From Lingula anatina (lineage: Eukaryota; Animalia; Brachiopoda), in contig CM120641.1 of NCBI GenBank assembly GCA_051362555.1, positions 40,988,401 to 41,052,400 of the forward strand: 64,000 nucleotides of DNA, written 5' to 3'. The first letter of the stretch is position 1, and the number at the start of each line of letters is the position of its first letter. Made by a program: the position numbers and the translations under genes. The notes below the pieces were generated by a model. It saw nothing but the letters and a program-made list of their open reading frames with translations. It did not search any database and was not told where the DNA came from. Positions 39,158 through 52,400 of this stretch are shown here, in pieces.

Positions 39158-40054
39158 TAGACAACCTTGGACCTCTCATTGCACAGGAATACTTAAAAAT
39201 AGACAAAGTAACACATTGTCTTGGTGCTTACTTGTTTACATAATGTTTCTTTATTAGAATCATAACAGATGTGTTGGTACATGTAAAATTAATCTTCAAC
39301 AAAATGTACCATTGTGCCTGCTATATCAACCACAATATTTAAGCATTGAAACTGGGTGTTTAATGAAAAAGTATTTCTTTGTGCAAATATCCTTTTACAA
39401 TTTATATGTATAAACAAAGAAGCCTTGAAGAACATCAAAGTTTAAGAAAAAATATATTTATACTTTAAATTTCAATAGATTATGTGAATACTGTGAAATA
39501 ATTATATAAGTTATGTGAATACAGTGGAAGAAAACATTTATGAAAAGATACATATATAAAGTAATTGAGATATCAAGCGACGCATGCAAACCATTTCCAC
39601 TAGTTTCGAAAACAACTAAAATAAATTCAACATGCCAAGTCATAAAATAAATAAATCAATCCTTCGTTCTGCCATAAAAAAACTTTAAAACTGCACATTC
39701 TTCAAAATTTTGGTTGTAAAGTGACCTATTTATTCATTCCTCCAATTGGTAAATGTACCATAAATGATGTAGTACTGGCCACACCATGCATCATTATCAT
39801 ATATGTTTAAATTTTTCACTAAATATTATCTTTATGTATGTAAAAACATAAAACTCTAAAAAATGCTACTAAAATTTTGATAATTTTCATGGTTATGTGG
39901 CCATTTGCCAACTCTGGACTTTTTTAACAAAGAATGACGTGGAAGTGTGTATTACAGGGTGATCATTAAATTGGATAAATTTGGGCTTGGGCTGAAAACC
40001 CATCAAATCTCTGTGTTATCACAGTCTTGTACCATTACCCTTGCTTGTGTCAGT

Positions 40055-43000
40055 TTACAGTTTTGGATGAAGATAATATGACTGATGCACCACCAAAGAA
40101 CTGTTAATGTCAGATAAGCTGGCACAACCTGAAAAAAAAAATGAAATGATAAATCACTTAAAACTCAACATATATGATACCCTATTACTGCTTCAGTTGC
40201 AAAATTTAACATCAAATGAGATAAAACTGTCTTAAGGAGTGTTTATACTACAACAAATTATTTTCCTAGAAAACAAGAAAAAAAAGAATGACATAAGTAA
40301 CAGAGTTCATCATACTTCATGATGCTGACTTGAATTTATATATAAATGCATAAAATGCTATTAGACCTTTCGAGCATTTACCCTCTACCAGAGAGATGTG
40401 CACTGAATTAGCCTGAGAAATATCTTTGAATATCTAGTGAAAAATCTATCTACGGGTATTAAGCATTATGGCAATGGATTGCACAGGATGATCAGCAAAT
40501 CCTGCTAAAATTACTAAGTGGAAAATTATGCCTTTAAAAAGAAAGCTAGGATTCCCCCTCCCCAGAATAACTTCTCCAAGTGGCAAACTGTACCTGCTAG
40601 GGCCATGGCTAAGCTTAGCTCGTCTCTTAGAATCTGGAGAATTGTCTTCACACCTGCCTCACCCTAAATATTGAATAGAATATAAGGCTGACAAGAAGCA
40701 TAGGCTGTTGGGAATTTATAGGAAACATTTTTGAACTCATTTGGTTGGACTGTAAGGAAAAATTTAAAAGAAACAAAATCTGGTAAAACTTCTCTAGTCT
40801 GTTATTTGATGCAAATTTGGGTAAGAAAATATAACTTATTATAGGTATTCTTACATCATAGGCCAGCCCATACAGTGCAGGTCTACCAATGAAAACTGCT
40901 TTAGCTCCTAATGCCAGAGCTTTTAGTACATCTGTGCCTGTTCTGACACCCCCATCCAAGTAGACTTCACACTGGCCATTCACGGCACGCACCACCTCAG
41001 GTAAAACATCAATCTAAGAAAAATAGTAGACATACATAGGAAATATATATCTCACTCACTTTTTTTTTCTTTTTTTTTTTTTTTGCGAATCCACATTTGC
41101 AGCTTTGCACACTCAAACAGCACAGCAGTTTTGAAAAGAAGAATCCTCTGAAAAATCATTAATCTGCAAATAAAGTAAAGATAAATTTTAATCTACTGCA
41201 GCAAATTTTACTTCTTATTAGTTGAATTATTAGTATACTCATACAAACAAAATAGATTCAAAAATTAAAATTTCTCACCGTTGCAGGCACACCATCCAGC
41301 TGTCTTGCTCCATGATTAGATACAACAATGCCGTCTACACCTGTTCTCACTGCTTCAACTGCATCCTCTCCTGTTATTATGCATTTTGATGACAAAGACT
41401 AAACACCTTAGATAATATATGCAGTTATGTAGCTTACATAGACTTCCAAAATATTTTCTCACCTTCATCAAAACTAGAAAATGCTTGAACATAAAAAGTC
41501 TACGCATGTTACTGAATCTCTAAGCAGAAAATAGTATTAGTGGAAATCGCCTCCATTTCTTGATAATTAAGCATGAGAGAATATGCTTAAGTTTTTTGCA
41601 GAAATTGATGAGAATTTACCTGTGAGAATGCCCTTCACAATAATAGGAAGTTTTGTGAACTGTTTCAGCCACCTTACGTCAGTCCATTTCAAAGACGGAT
41701 TTAAGAGGGAGGCAGCAAATTTACTCTGACCTGACCCTTTCCTTCCTTTCACTCCGTCAGATTTATAATCTGCTTGCTTGAAATTAGCCATTCTAAAAAA
41801 TCAAAATAAATTACTCAGTTTTAGCACCTACAGTCTCTGCATAAATCCTATTAACCTACTGAACAAAAACTGTGGCCAGTAATTAAACAAAGTTACACAT
41901 TTTCACTTTAATTACATGAGAATATGGAAGGGGGCCATTGTTTAAATTGCAAATTTAATGATTAAAAGAGGAGGAGGGAGGCATTCAGCCTTTTACACCT
42001 GTGTATATTACTCTTACCCCGACATATCCCCATCCCATGGGGGTTACATCCCTATAAGTCCCCGCACCGATACTCCCCCACATGCAGTTTCGATGTGGGG
42101 AAACAATAATGTTTTACTGGCAATTTTACTGGGGATGTATCGATGCATGGATCGATATTGGTGTGGGGTCCTATTGATGTGCATAATACACAAAAATTTA
42201 CTAAGGGGGATTATTGGTGCGGGGGGAATAACGGTGCGGGGGAGTAACGGTGCGGGGGAGTATCGACATGACCCCAAATGGGTATGATTAAATTCTGGAT
42301 CCAATAGTAATGTGTTACATGTACATGTACCTGAGATGTGGAGGCAAGGTAAACTTATTTCTAGTATCAGCCAGTCTTCTCCCAAACATGGGTGTGTCAA
42401 CAGTTAAAACCAAAGCTTTGTATCCACTGCGCTCTGCTCTTCTCACTAGTTCTTTAGTCACTTCCCGATCACAGTAGATGCAGATTTGAAACCAACGCAG
42501 ACCCTCTGGAGATGCCTGGGCCACTTCTTCTATACTGGAGGTAGCCATTGTGCTGAGAACCATACAGGTTTTCATTGCAGCTGCAGCTTAAAGAAAACAG
42601 AAATGAATGTAATTTAACATTAAACAAAAAGTCATTATATTTTTAGATAATAATTTTTAATGGTTTTGGCTAGCATATGTCTTATTAGTGATAAGGGAAA
42701 TTAGATAACAGTTCTAACATGCAAAAAATAAAGAACTGGATGAAAAATTGGCTAATTTAGAATAATATACCATTGGAAATGGTAAAAAGCTTTCTCTTGT
42801 ATTACAATGTTGGCTAATAATCTAAGTCCTTCATACCCCTTCCAGTGGCTACCTCTCCATCAGGGTGTGCCATCCTTTGCAAGGCTGTGGGCACGATTCC
42901 TACAGGGAAGTCAACTGGCTGCCCTTGGATCCTGGTGGTCAAGTCTCTCTTTGAGACATCTTTCTGTAAAAACCGTGGCCGAAATCTATACCTAATAAAA

Positions 43001-43160
43001 AGTATAATGACACATATATTTATTAACTGTATATCTGTATATCCATAAATGTTATAATGTACACTGTATATCCATTAAGTGTAATTTGAACTTTTCCTTT
43101 AGTTGATCAAAGACTTTTACCAAAATCCATTTGTCTTTTGTATCCATAACAGTTCTAACA

Positions 43161-43191
<31 letters not shown>

Positions 43192-43653
43192 TGTGTGTGC
43201 GGGGGGGGGGGGGTATTTTCTTCTTCACTTGAGGGGAGGGGGAGTAAATGATTATAAACACAAAGTATTCAGAAGCTTGGTCCTTCACAAATTGGTTGGC
43301 AGCTTCACCTTGCCCTAGTCTACGCCTTTTTCATCAGGTAATATGTAAGAATGCAGGGTACATCATTTTAACCTTGCCTCAGTGAGATGCGGGTTAACGT
43401 CTTACTTTTGTTCCCTCCTTTGGGGGCTCCTTTCCGCACTGATAATCATTATGTCCTTGGAGTCTAACTACAGTGTACATTATGCAAAAGCAGCTCAGTT
43501 ACATTTGCTTTACCTTCCAAATGCAGCTCTGTTATCCCTGAGAGACTGCTCGTCATTTGCGCCACTTCTGTAGTAGTCTAACGCATTTCTATCAAGTTTA
43601 CCAAAGGCATATTTCTCGAAGTCATCTAAGCAGACTAAAGATCCAGTTGCCAT
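40055..43653 (-). CDS. HAO1: FMN-dependent 2-hydroxyacid oxidase, copy A (372 aa, divergent active site)
   Basis: Exons 43653-43514, 42991-42837, 42586-42331, 41792-41620, 41370-41279, 41013-40855, 40663-40594, 40128-40055 (1119 nt). [45 protein letters not shown]-terminal PKL (PTS1 variant). HAO1 versus HAO2 orthology is not resolvable by eye. Confidence 0.9.
42039..42275. mobile_element. GC-rich MITE with inverted subterminal repeats, in HAO copy A intron 3 only
   Basis: Ends ggggttacat / atgacccc; ccccgcaccgatactcc pairs with tandem ggagtaacggtgcgggg units. Absent from the homologous intron of copy B (catcccaatttgatt at about 53485). Confidence 0.7.
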
Positions 43654-44109
43654 AATTTGAGATGTTGGATGACCCAGTTAGTCAAGAAGCCAGAACGCTA
43701 ACCCTGCAGTGTTTTTTCCTAAACTTTTTTTGTTGAAATGCATTCTTCATGTCAAAAGAAGCAAAATTAGCGTGGTTGCTACTTCTGAAACATTGAGCAT
43801 TTATCAATATGGCTGTCAATTTATGAGGAAAAATAGAAAAACGACCAGAAGTCGCCGGGTATACTTTATCAAGAGCTTCTTTAAATGTTTGTCCTATAAG
43901 CAGAGCACAGTGGGACTAGTGAATACAGTTAAGTGCGTTACTTTCAGCAAAAAAGTCAAAATGGCCATCAAAACATATAACAGAAAGTCAAAAAAGCAGC
44001 AATTTTTTTATTTATTTATTTTTTTTTTTGCATATTTAATCTTATTAAAGGATATTTCCCCTTTTATATTTTTGTTCATTTTTATATTTTGTTAGCCATG
44101 ATCCTAAAC

Positions 44110-44849
44110 TGTCAGAAACTGCTCAGTAGGACACATACTGTCGATGCAGAGTGATATAACGTCGTTTTCTCGCGCCAGGACGTAACGTCGGGCTCAAATT
44201 TTGTAAAAATTTAAATTTGGTCGAAAAATGGCTATATACTTCAAATAAATGCAAACTTAGCAAGTCTAATACGATATTATGATTTTGGGGTATGTAGACT
44301 TTATATTCACGTAGCCTTCTACTTTCGTTCAGAGTGAGCTTGCGTTCATCAAAGTCGCACTGAGCGGTAAAATTTGACCTTGGAAACATCGTAACTTTGG
44401 CCACTATTCCTCAACTAGAGAGAAATTCGGGAAATTCCCTTCAAAATCGAAAACCTGGATATATATTCGACCATTTTATTAATTTTAAGCCAATTTCGTA
44501 TTTGGAAACAATTTCCTCTCAATATAGTCCCTCGCTATACAAAAGCATTTTCGGACACGTCAATTTTTCAGTGTTCTGGATTTTGAGAGAAATAACTGTA
44601 ACTCTGTACAGTGCATTGACAAAAGCTTACAGTTTTTCAATAGACGGATAACTCCTCGTTTAGTCTCTAAAATATGGAAAGTCAATTCACTGTAGTTTTT
44701 TCGCAAAGTTTATTTATTTCAGACGTACGCATTTTTCATCGCGCCGCTTTTTTTGCGCTATATCGTGACGCGGATGTACCGGAAAATCCATGACGTTTCA
44801 AATCACACCTAAATCCTGACAGTATGGGTCCTACTGTGCTTATTTGACA
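44110..44849. mobile_element. Non-autonomous TIR element upstream of HAO copy A
   Basis: gctcagtaggacacatactgtc (44121-44142) is the inverse of gacagtatgggtcctactgtgc (44818-44839) at 20 of 22 bases, extendable to tgtca/tgaca. No TSD found. Confidence 0.55.
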
Positions 44850-46425
44850 TTCAACAGATGGTGGCAGACTGTGTCATCCATTTGCCACTCCCACAAACAC
44901 CATAGTAGAAGCCTGCTATGTTATATCTTACAAGCTTTTTTAAAAGAAATTATTTCATCTGGGTGGCAAAACTTACAAATGCTTATTAAGCTTGACTTTC
45001 TTTGCCAGTTCATTCGTACGAGGTACGTAATGAGAATCTTTTGGAATTCAAAATAGCCATCAATTTGTTATATAAATAGCAAGAGCCAAACGTTCAAATC
45101 AAAAATTGCACAAATAAAATTTTTTCTGCAAAAAATTCCCATTTTACGAAAATTTTGGCCCATTTGACCTTGAAATAAAGGTCAAAGGTCAAACCCAAAG
45201 GGGGTATTTGAAATCTACATACATGATTTTCGGTCAGCAATCTACAGAACTTTTTTCCCATAATTTCTTTGGTTTGGAAGATTTTCAGCATTTAATTTTG
45301 CAAATTTTGGACAAGGGTGCATTGCGATGAGCGCCACACCTAGACCTGTGCACCGACAAAGTCCAAAATTTACGTGGTACGAGTTGAGATTATATGTGAC
45401 CTAAATCCAAGAGATGGGTAGGCAGGCTCTTGTAGTCTAGGAGGAGAAGCAGTAACAGTAACTTGGCCGCGGAGCCAACGGAGCCGGCAGGGCTGGCCGA
45501 TGAGACAGACGAGGCGGGTCGGGACTAAAACCATGTGTACCTCCAGCGCTACGCTGGTGGTACAATAAACACACAACACATTGTTTTGGTGCTTACTTGT
45601 TTACACCATGGTACTTTATTAGAATCACAATAGATGAGTCAGTAAATATGTAAGTAATGTTCAACAAAATTTACTATTGTGAAAGCTATTAGTAATTATG
45701 TCAACCATTTCCTTTTAGCATTGAAACTGAGTGTTTAATTAAAAAGTATTTCTTTGTGCAAATATCTTTTTACAATTTACATGTATAAATAAAGAAGCCT
45801 TGAAGAACATCAAAGATTAAGAAAAAATATATTTATACTTTAAATTTCAATAGATTATGTGAATACTATGAAATAATTATATAAGTTATGTGAATACAGT
45901 GGAAGAAAACATTTATAAAAAGATACATATATAAAGTAATTGAAATATCCAGTGATGCATACAAACCACTTCCACTAGTTTCGAAAACAACTAAAATAAA
46001 TTCAACATGCCAAGTCATAAAATAAATCAATTCTTCGTCCTGCCAAAAATAGCTTTAAAATTGCACATTCTTCAAAATTTTGGTTGTAAAGTGACCTATT
46101 TATTCGTTCCTCCAATTGGTAAATGTACCATAAATGATGTAGTACTGGCCACACCATGCATCATTATCATATATGTTTAAATTTTTCACTAAATATTATC
46201 TTTATGTATGTAAAAACATAAAACTCTAAACATTTCTACTATAATTTTGATAATTTTCATGGTTATGTGGCCATTTGCCAACTCTAGACTTTTTGCATGA
46301 AGAATGACGTGGAAGTGTGTATTGCAGGGTGATCATTAAATTGGATAAAGTTGGGCTTGGGCTGAAATCCCATCAAATCTCCGTGTCATCACAGTCTTGT
46401 ACCATTACTCCTTGCTTGTGTCAGT

Positions 46426-49400
46426 TTACAGTTTTGGATGAAGATAATATGACTGATGCACCACCAAAGAACTGTTAATATCTGATAGGCTGGCACAACC
46501 TTAAAAAAAGAGAGAAAATGATGAAATAAATCACTTAAAACTCAACATATATGATATCCTGTTATTGCCTCAGTTGTAAAATTGTGACATTAAATGTGAA
46601 ATAAAACTGTCTGAATATTTATAGTATGACAAATTGTCTTTCCTCCAAAACAAGAAAAAAAGAACAAGTAACAGAGTTAATCATACTGCATGATGCTGAT
46701 TTTAAACATATATATTAATGCATAAAATGCTATAAGACTTATCAAGCATTTACCCTCTACCAGAGAGATGTGCAACGAATTAGCCTGAGAAATATCTTTG
46801 AATATCAAGTGAAAAATCTATCCATGGCCCTGGTAGAGGGTATTAAGCATTATGGCAATGGATTGCACAGGATGATCGGGATATTCTGCTAAAAGCACTT
46901 AGTTGAAAATTATGCTTGAAAAAGAAATCTAGGATATACCCTGTAATATGATGGCTCTTTACAGAGTCCAACGTGCCGGACTCTATTCAGGAGAGAGACA
47001 ACAACAATGCGTGTGACTTCTACGAAAGTTTATTGTGAAGTGCTAGGCTTGTATATACATGTACATTAAAAAGTATGAGGAACACCTGTTTACTTTAACA
47101 ATGGCTGAGAACTGTCATCAAGTGTAATCTGTAGGTGACCAAGGGTCATTCAAAGAATGCCACTAATGGAAGCTTGTGAACTTTAATAACATTTACCAAA
47201 AAACAAGAAGATAATGTTACATCTCCCTTTCTTCAATCAAATGTCCTGGGTGTTAACAGTCATAGTCTTGGTGAAATATCCCTGCACTGGCAATATGTGC
47301 TTGTTAGTCCTGCCTGTCAGATATGTGTATCCAATAGTGAACATATACTGTCATTGAAAAAATTCTTGATAAAGTTCAGTTCATATCTTTTTGTCCAAGG
47401 GTAATTTCCTCTAAAGTCTTTTATATCACTTTGCAAAAGTTACATAGATTGTATAATTTTTTGTTTGCAAACTCTGCCAGCTCGTGTTACATAGGGCTGG
47501 GGTGAATGACATTCATCTTTCTGAGGGGTTGATTTTAGTTTAACTGGGGACTTAACTGGGGCATTTACAGCAGGCTCAGGGTGATCTGCTAGAATTTTAA
47601 GATCACTGGATTTATTAACCAGATTCTCAGTGCAAATAGGCACTCGTGGATCAGTGTCATGAGGAACATTGGGCTCTTTTGTTTTGAGAATATGACGCCT
47701 GTTACGTCGATATATACCACCATTAGGAGCTTGTAAAACAAATGAATTTTCATTCACCTTATCAATGACATTGGCAGGTTTCCATAACTTGCCATTTCGC
47801 TGAAATCTGACTGACTCACCTACAGTTATAGGGGGAAGGGGTCGGGAACCATGGTCATAAAATTTCTTCTGCTTTTGACGACTTGAATCTATCTTATGTT
47901 TGACCTTTCCAGGATCAATGAACTGGGGACACAACTGTTGATTGGTGGCAGGTAAAACAGAACGCAACTGCCGTCCTTGTAATAACTGCGCTGGGGAGTA
48001 TCCGATGTCAAGGGGGGACACCCTGTATTCCAATAGGGCCAAATTAGGGTCGGATTTATCAGACTTTGACTTTTCAAACAGTTTCTTTACAATTTGGACA
48101 TATTTCTCAGCTAGTCCGTTGGACTGAGGGTAATTGGGGCTGGAGGTCACATGTTTGAAATCATATTGCTTAGAGAAATCAGTGAACTCCTGAGAGGCGT
48201 ACTGAGGACCATTGTCTGAAATGACAGTTTCTGGGATTCCAAATCTAGCAAATATAACCTTTAACTTGCTGATTACCTGATAACTTTGAGTAGAGGTAAG
48301 TTGAGCTACCTCAAAGTATCGACTGTAATAATCAACTACAACTATAAAATCCTTTCCATCCCATGTAAACAAGTCAGTGGCAACTGTTTGCCAGGGGTAA
48401 TCAGGGATGGGGTGTGGCTGCAAAGGTTGTTTAGGGTTGTTATTTCTCTGCATGAGACAAATGGGGCACTTGGAAACAAAATCATTAATGTCACCTGACA
48501 TGCCTGGCCAAAAAATTGCTGATCTGGCTCGTTTTTGGCATTTCTCTATTCCTTTGTGACCTGTGTGTATAGAATGCAGCATTTTCACCCTTAGTTTCTG
48601 GGGTACGATAACCTTTTGACCTTTGAGCAGTAGGCCATCAATGTAAGACAATTCGTCTCTGTGATTCCAAAATTCTATAATCTCAGAGGGGCAATCACTC
48701 CTTTTAACAGGCCAACCATTTAAAACGGTTTTGCGCAAAGTCTGAAACTGTTCAGTTTGTTCAGTTTCTTGACGAATTTCGTCTAACTTTCTATCACTAA
48801 TAGGAATTTTTGAGAGCACTGCATGTACGTGTGCATCCATTCCTTTAGCGAGCTCTGGGTAGGTGTCTTTTACAAAATTGCGAGACAATGTGTCTGCAAG
48901 TGGTATCTGTGTACCTGGTTTGTAAATTACCTCCAGATCATATCGCTGTAATTGTAACAGCATTCTCTGCAAGCGTGGAGGGGCTGTATTCAAGGGCTTC
49001 TTGAATATAGGAATTAAAGGTTTGTGGTCTGTCTCCACTACTACTTTACGGCCATAAACGTATTGGTGAAATCTCTTACACCCAAAAACTATCCCAAACA
49101 TTTCTTTTTCTATTTGGGCATAGTTGATTTCTGATGTATTGAGAGCTTTGGATGCATAAGCTATGGGTTTTCCATCCTGCAACAGTGCAGCACCTAAACC
49201 ATACTTAGAGGCATCAGTCTGTAGGGTAGTGACCTGGCTGGGGTCAAAGTACGTTAACGTAGGACTTGGGGCCGCTGTGATTACCTCTTTTACTTCATTG
49301 AGAGCTTTCTCATGCTCATCGATCCAATGAAAAATCATGTCTTTTGCAAGTAACTTGCGAAGGGGGGTGGTAATCTCTGAAAGGTTGGGAGCAAATTTAG

Positions 49401-52400
49401 CAAGGTATGTCACCATACCCAGAAAAGTCTCTAACTCTTTCTTATTAGTCGGGGCTTTCATCTCCCTAATTGCTTTGACCTTTTCCGGGTCAGGCTCTAA
49501 GCCTTTTGATGTGATAATGTGACCAAAATATTTTACTTTAGTCACGCCGATTTCCATTTTTTCTCTGTTGAGTTTGATCCCACACTCACGTGTTCTTTGT
49601 AAAACATTACGCAGATTCTGGTCATGCTGTTCTCTGTTTTTTCCAAACACTATGATGTCATCTACTAAGGCTATTACACCGTCAAGACCCTCAAAACTTT
49701 CGTCTACCCTTCTCTGAAACTCATCCTGCGACGATCTCAAACCAAAAGGCAGTCGCAGATATCTGTATCTACCAAATGGCGTATTAAACGTCGTAAGGTA
49801 TGAGGATTCTGTGGATAGTTTAATTGTCCAATACCCTGACCTGGCATCCAACTTGCTGAAGTATTGAGCACCTGCTAACTGGGGTAATACTTCCTCTAAC
49901 GTTCTAGGGGGGTAATGGGGTCTCAAAATAGCTCTATTTAGGTCTTTGGGATCCAGGCACACACGTACCTTACCTGAGCTTGATTCAGGCTTCTCAACAA
50001 TCACTAGAGAATTTACCCATTCTGTGGGCTCTGTGACTTTACAAATCACATCAAGCTTCTCCATACGCTCAAGTTCATTTTTGAGCTTTTCATGAAGTGC
50101 ATGCGGCACTTTGCGAGGGGGGTGAACAACAGGAATTACGTCGGGATCAGTGTGAATTACACATTCACCTGGGAACAATCCTATACCCTCGAATACGTCT
50201 TTGTATTCATGCAATATTTGGTCTTTACCAAACTCGGATTTGTTCAGACTTTGGCTGGGTTTACTAGAATCTCTTTTTCCGACCAGCTCTCGCTTCACAT
50301 CAGCATCTACATCGCACGCATACACTAACTTAATCAGGCACAAGTCCATACATGCTTTCAAACCAAGTATCGGTGAAGATTCTGTATCAACGACGTGAAA
50401 CAGAAGTTCAATGGACTTTTTCTTATACTGACAAGTGAAATTTGCAGACCCTAAGTTTTTTAGTGAATGACCATTATAAGCAGTAAGCTTCTGACTAGGA
50501 GGTTTCAGGTCGTCTACATGACCTATTGAGTCAAACACATGCTTGGGTAAAATGTTCACTTGAGAACCTGTGTCAATCTTAAACTTAACACTGATCTTTG
50601 CTGGACCAATTACTACATGGCAAAATGCTTGATCTAAACCCTCTGACATGTCAATACTATCTACAATAAATTGTGAATCTGAATCAGAATCAGAATCGGG
50701 CTGATCTGGCAAAGCTTGCAACTCATTAACATGTTTTTTAGCAATACTTTTGCGACATTTTTTAGCAAAGTGATTGAATTTCTTACAGTTATTACACTGT
50801 TTACCCTTAGCCGGACATCTATCAGTCTTGGCATGCTCGTAGCCACAATTGTTACACTCATGTCTGTCCTGCTTTTGCTGTTTCTTCTGTCTGTTCACAT
50901 GTCTCCAGTTGCCTGTACGTGGAGGTTGTTTCTTAATGCTGCTGACCTCTTTCCCCATTGTCTTGAGTTGTTCCATTGAATACTCGTACGACTGGGCTAT
51001 CTGCACAGCTTTGTCGAGTGTCAGCTTGTCACCTTCATTTATGAGTTTTTCCCTCACTTTCTCTGATGAGGTACCAAATACGATCCTGTCTCGGATCATC
51101 TCTTCTGCATTTGTGTATGCACAGTCGACAGCAAGTGTCCGCAAACGAGTAATAAATTGTTCAACGGTAGATGCACCTTGAGTTTCATTGTTAAACTTGA
51201 ACCGCGCGAAGATGGGATTCAGTTTCGGCTGCACATGGGCTTTAAAACGGTCATAATATGACTGCAGCTTGTCTGGTTCATCCAGATTTGTCCAAGTTGA
51301 CTTTATTTCTCTCTCCTTGTCTCCTATCCATAACAAGAGATAAGTCACCTTCACTTTTTCTTCCTTTTCCTTTAGTGGCCCATTAAAAATAAGTTCCACA
51401 AGACTATGGAATTTTTTCCACTGTTCAGGAAGATTAGACGCACTCCAGTCCATGGAAGGTGTTGGGATACCAGTGAGTTCCATGCTAACAGTTAACACAA
51501 TGTTAGAACTGCCACGGATCGTCACTGTTGCCTATGTCTGGCAACCACTTCTGACACCATGTAATATGATGGCTCTTTACAGAGTCCAACGTGCCGGACT
51601 CTATTCAGGAGAGAGACAACAACAATGCGTGTGACTTCTACGAAAGTTTATTGTGAAGTGCTAGGCTTGTATATACATGTACATTAAAAAGTATGAGGAA
51701 CACCTGTTTACTTTAACAATGGCTGAGAACTGTCATCAAGTGTAATCTGTAGGTGACCAAGGGTCATTCAAAGAATGCCACTAATGGAAGCTTGTGAACT
51801 TTAATAACATTTACCAAAAAACAAGAAGATAATGTTACATACCCCCCCACCCCAACCCCAAAATAACTTCTCCAAGTGGCAAACTGTACCTGCTAAGGCC
51901 ATGGCTAAGCTTAGCTCATCTCTAAGAATCTGGAGAATTGTCTTCACACCTGCCTCACCCTAAATATTGAAAAGAATTTAAGGATGACAAGAAACATTTT
52001 TTGAACTCATTTGGTTGGACTGTAAGGAAAAATTTAAAAGAAACAAAATCTGGTAAAACTTCTACATCTCTAGTCTGTTATTTGATGCAAATTTGGGTAA
52101 GAAAATATAACTTATAGGTATTCTTACATCATAGGCCAGCCCATACAGTGCAGGTCTACCAATGAAAACTGCTTTAGCTCCTAATGCCAGAGCTTTTAGT
52201 ACATCTGTGCCTGTTCTGACACCCCCATCCAAGTAGACTTCACACTGGCCATTCACAGCACGCACCACCTCAGGTAAAACATCAATCTAAGAAAATAGGA
52301 GACCTATATATATCACTCAAGTTTTTTTTTAATTCACACTTGCAGCTTTGCACACTCAAACAGCACAGAAGTTTTGAAAAAAAGAATCCTCTGATATTTT

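Larger units (their letters stand above)
46942..51839 (-). mobile_element. Complete Ty3/Gypsy LTR retrotransposon (Mag-like), 4898 bp
   Basis: 280-bp LTRs at 46942-47221 and 51560-51839 (TG...CA, no differences seen). 5-bp TSD TACCC (46937-46941, 51840-51844). PBS TGGTGTCAGAAGTGG (tRNA-Leu-like) next to the 5' LTR and PPT AAGAAAGGGAGA next to the 3' LTR. Single intact gag-pol ORF. Confidence 0.97.

Noticed and set aside
43906-43950. CACAGTG heptamer suggesting a RAG/Transib-like signal
   Set aside because: No convincing nonamer at 12 or 23 spacing, no partner end, no TSD and no transposase.
47889-51634. Antisense and alternate-frame ORFs inside gag-pol (similarly inside 13855-16504 and 21149-23997)
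   Set aside because: Shadow ORFs of real coding sequence with no independent motifs.
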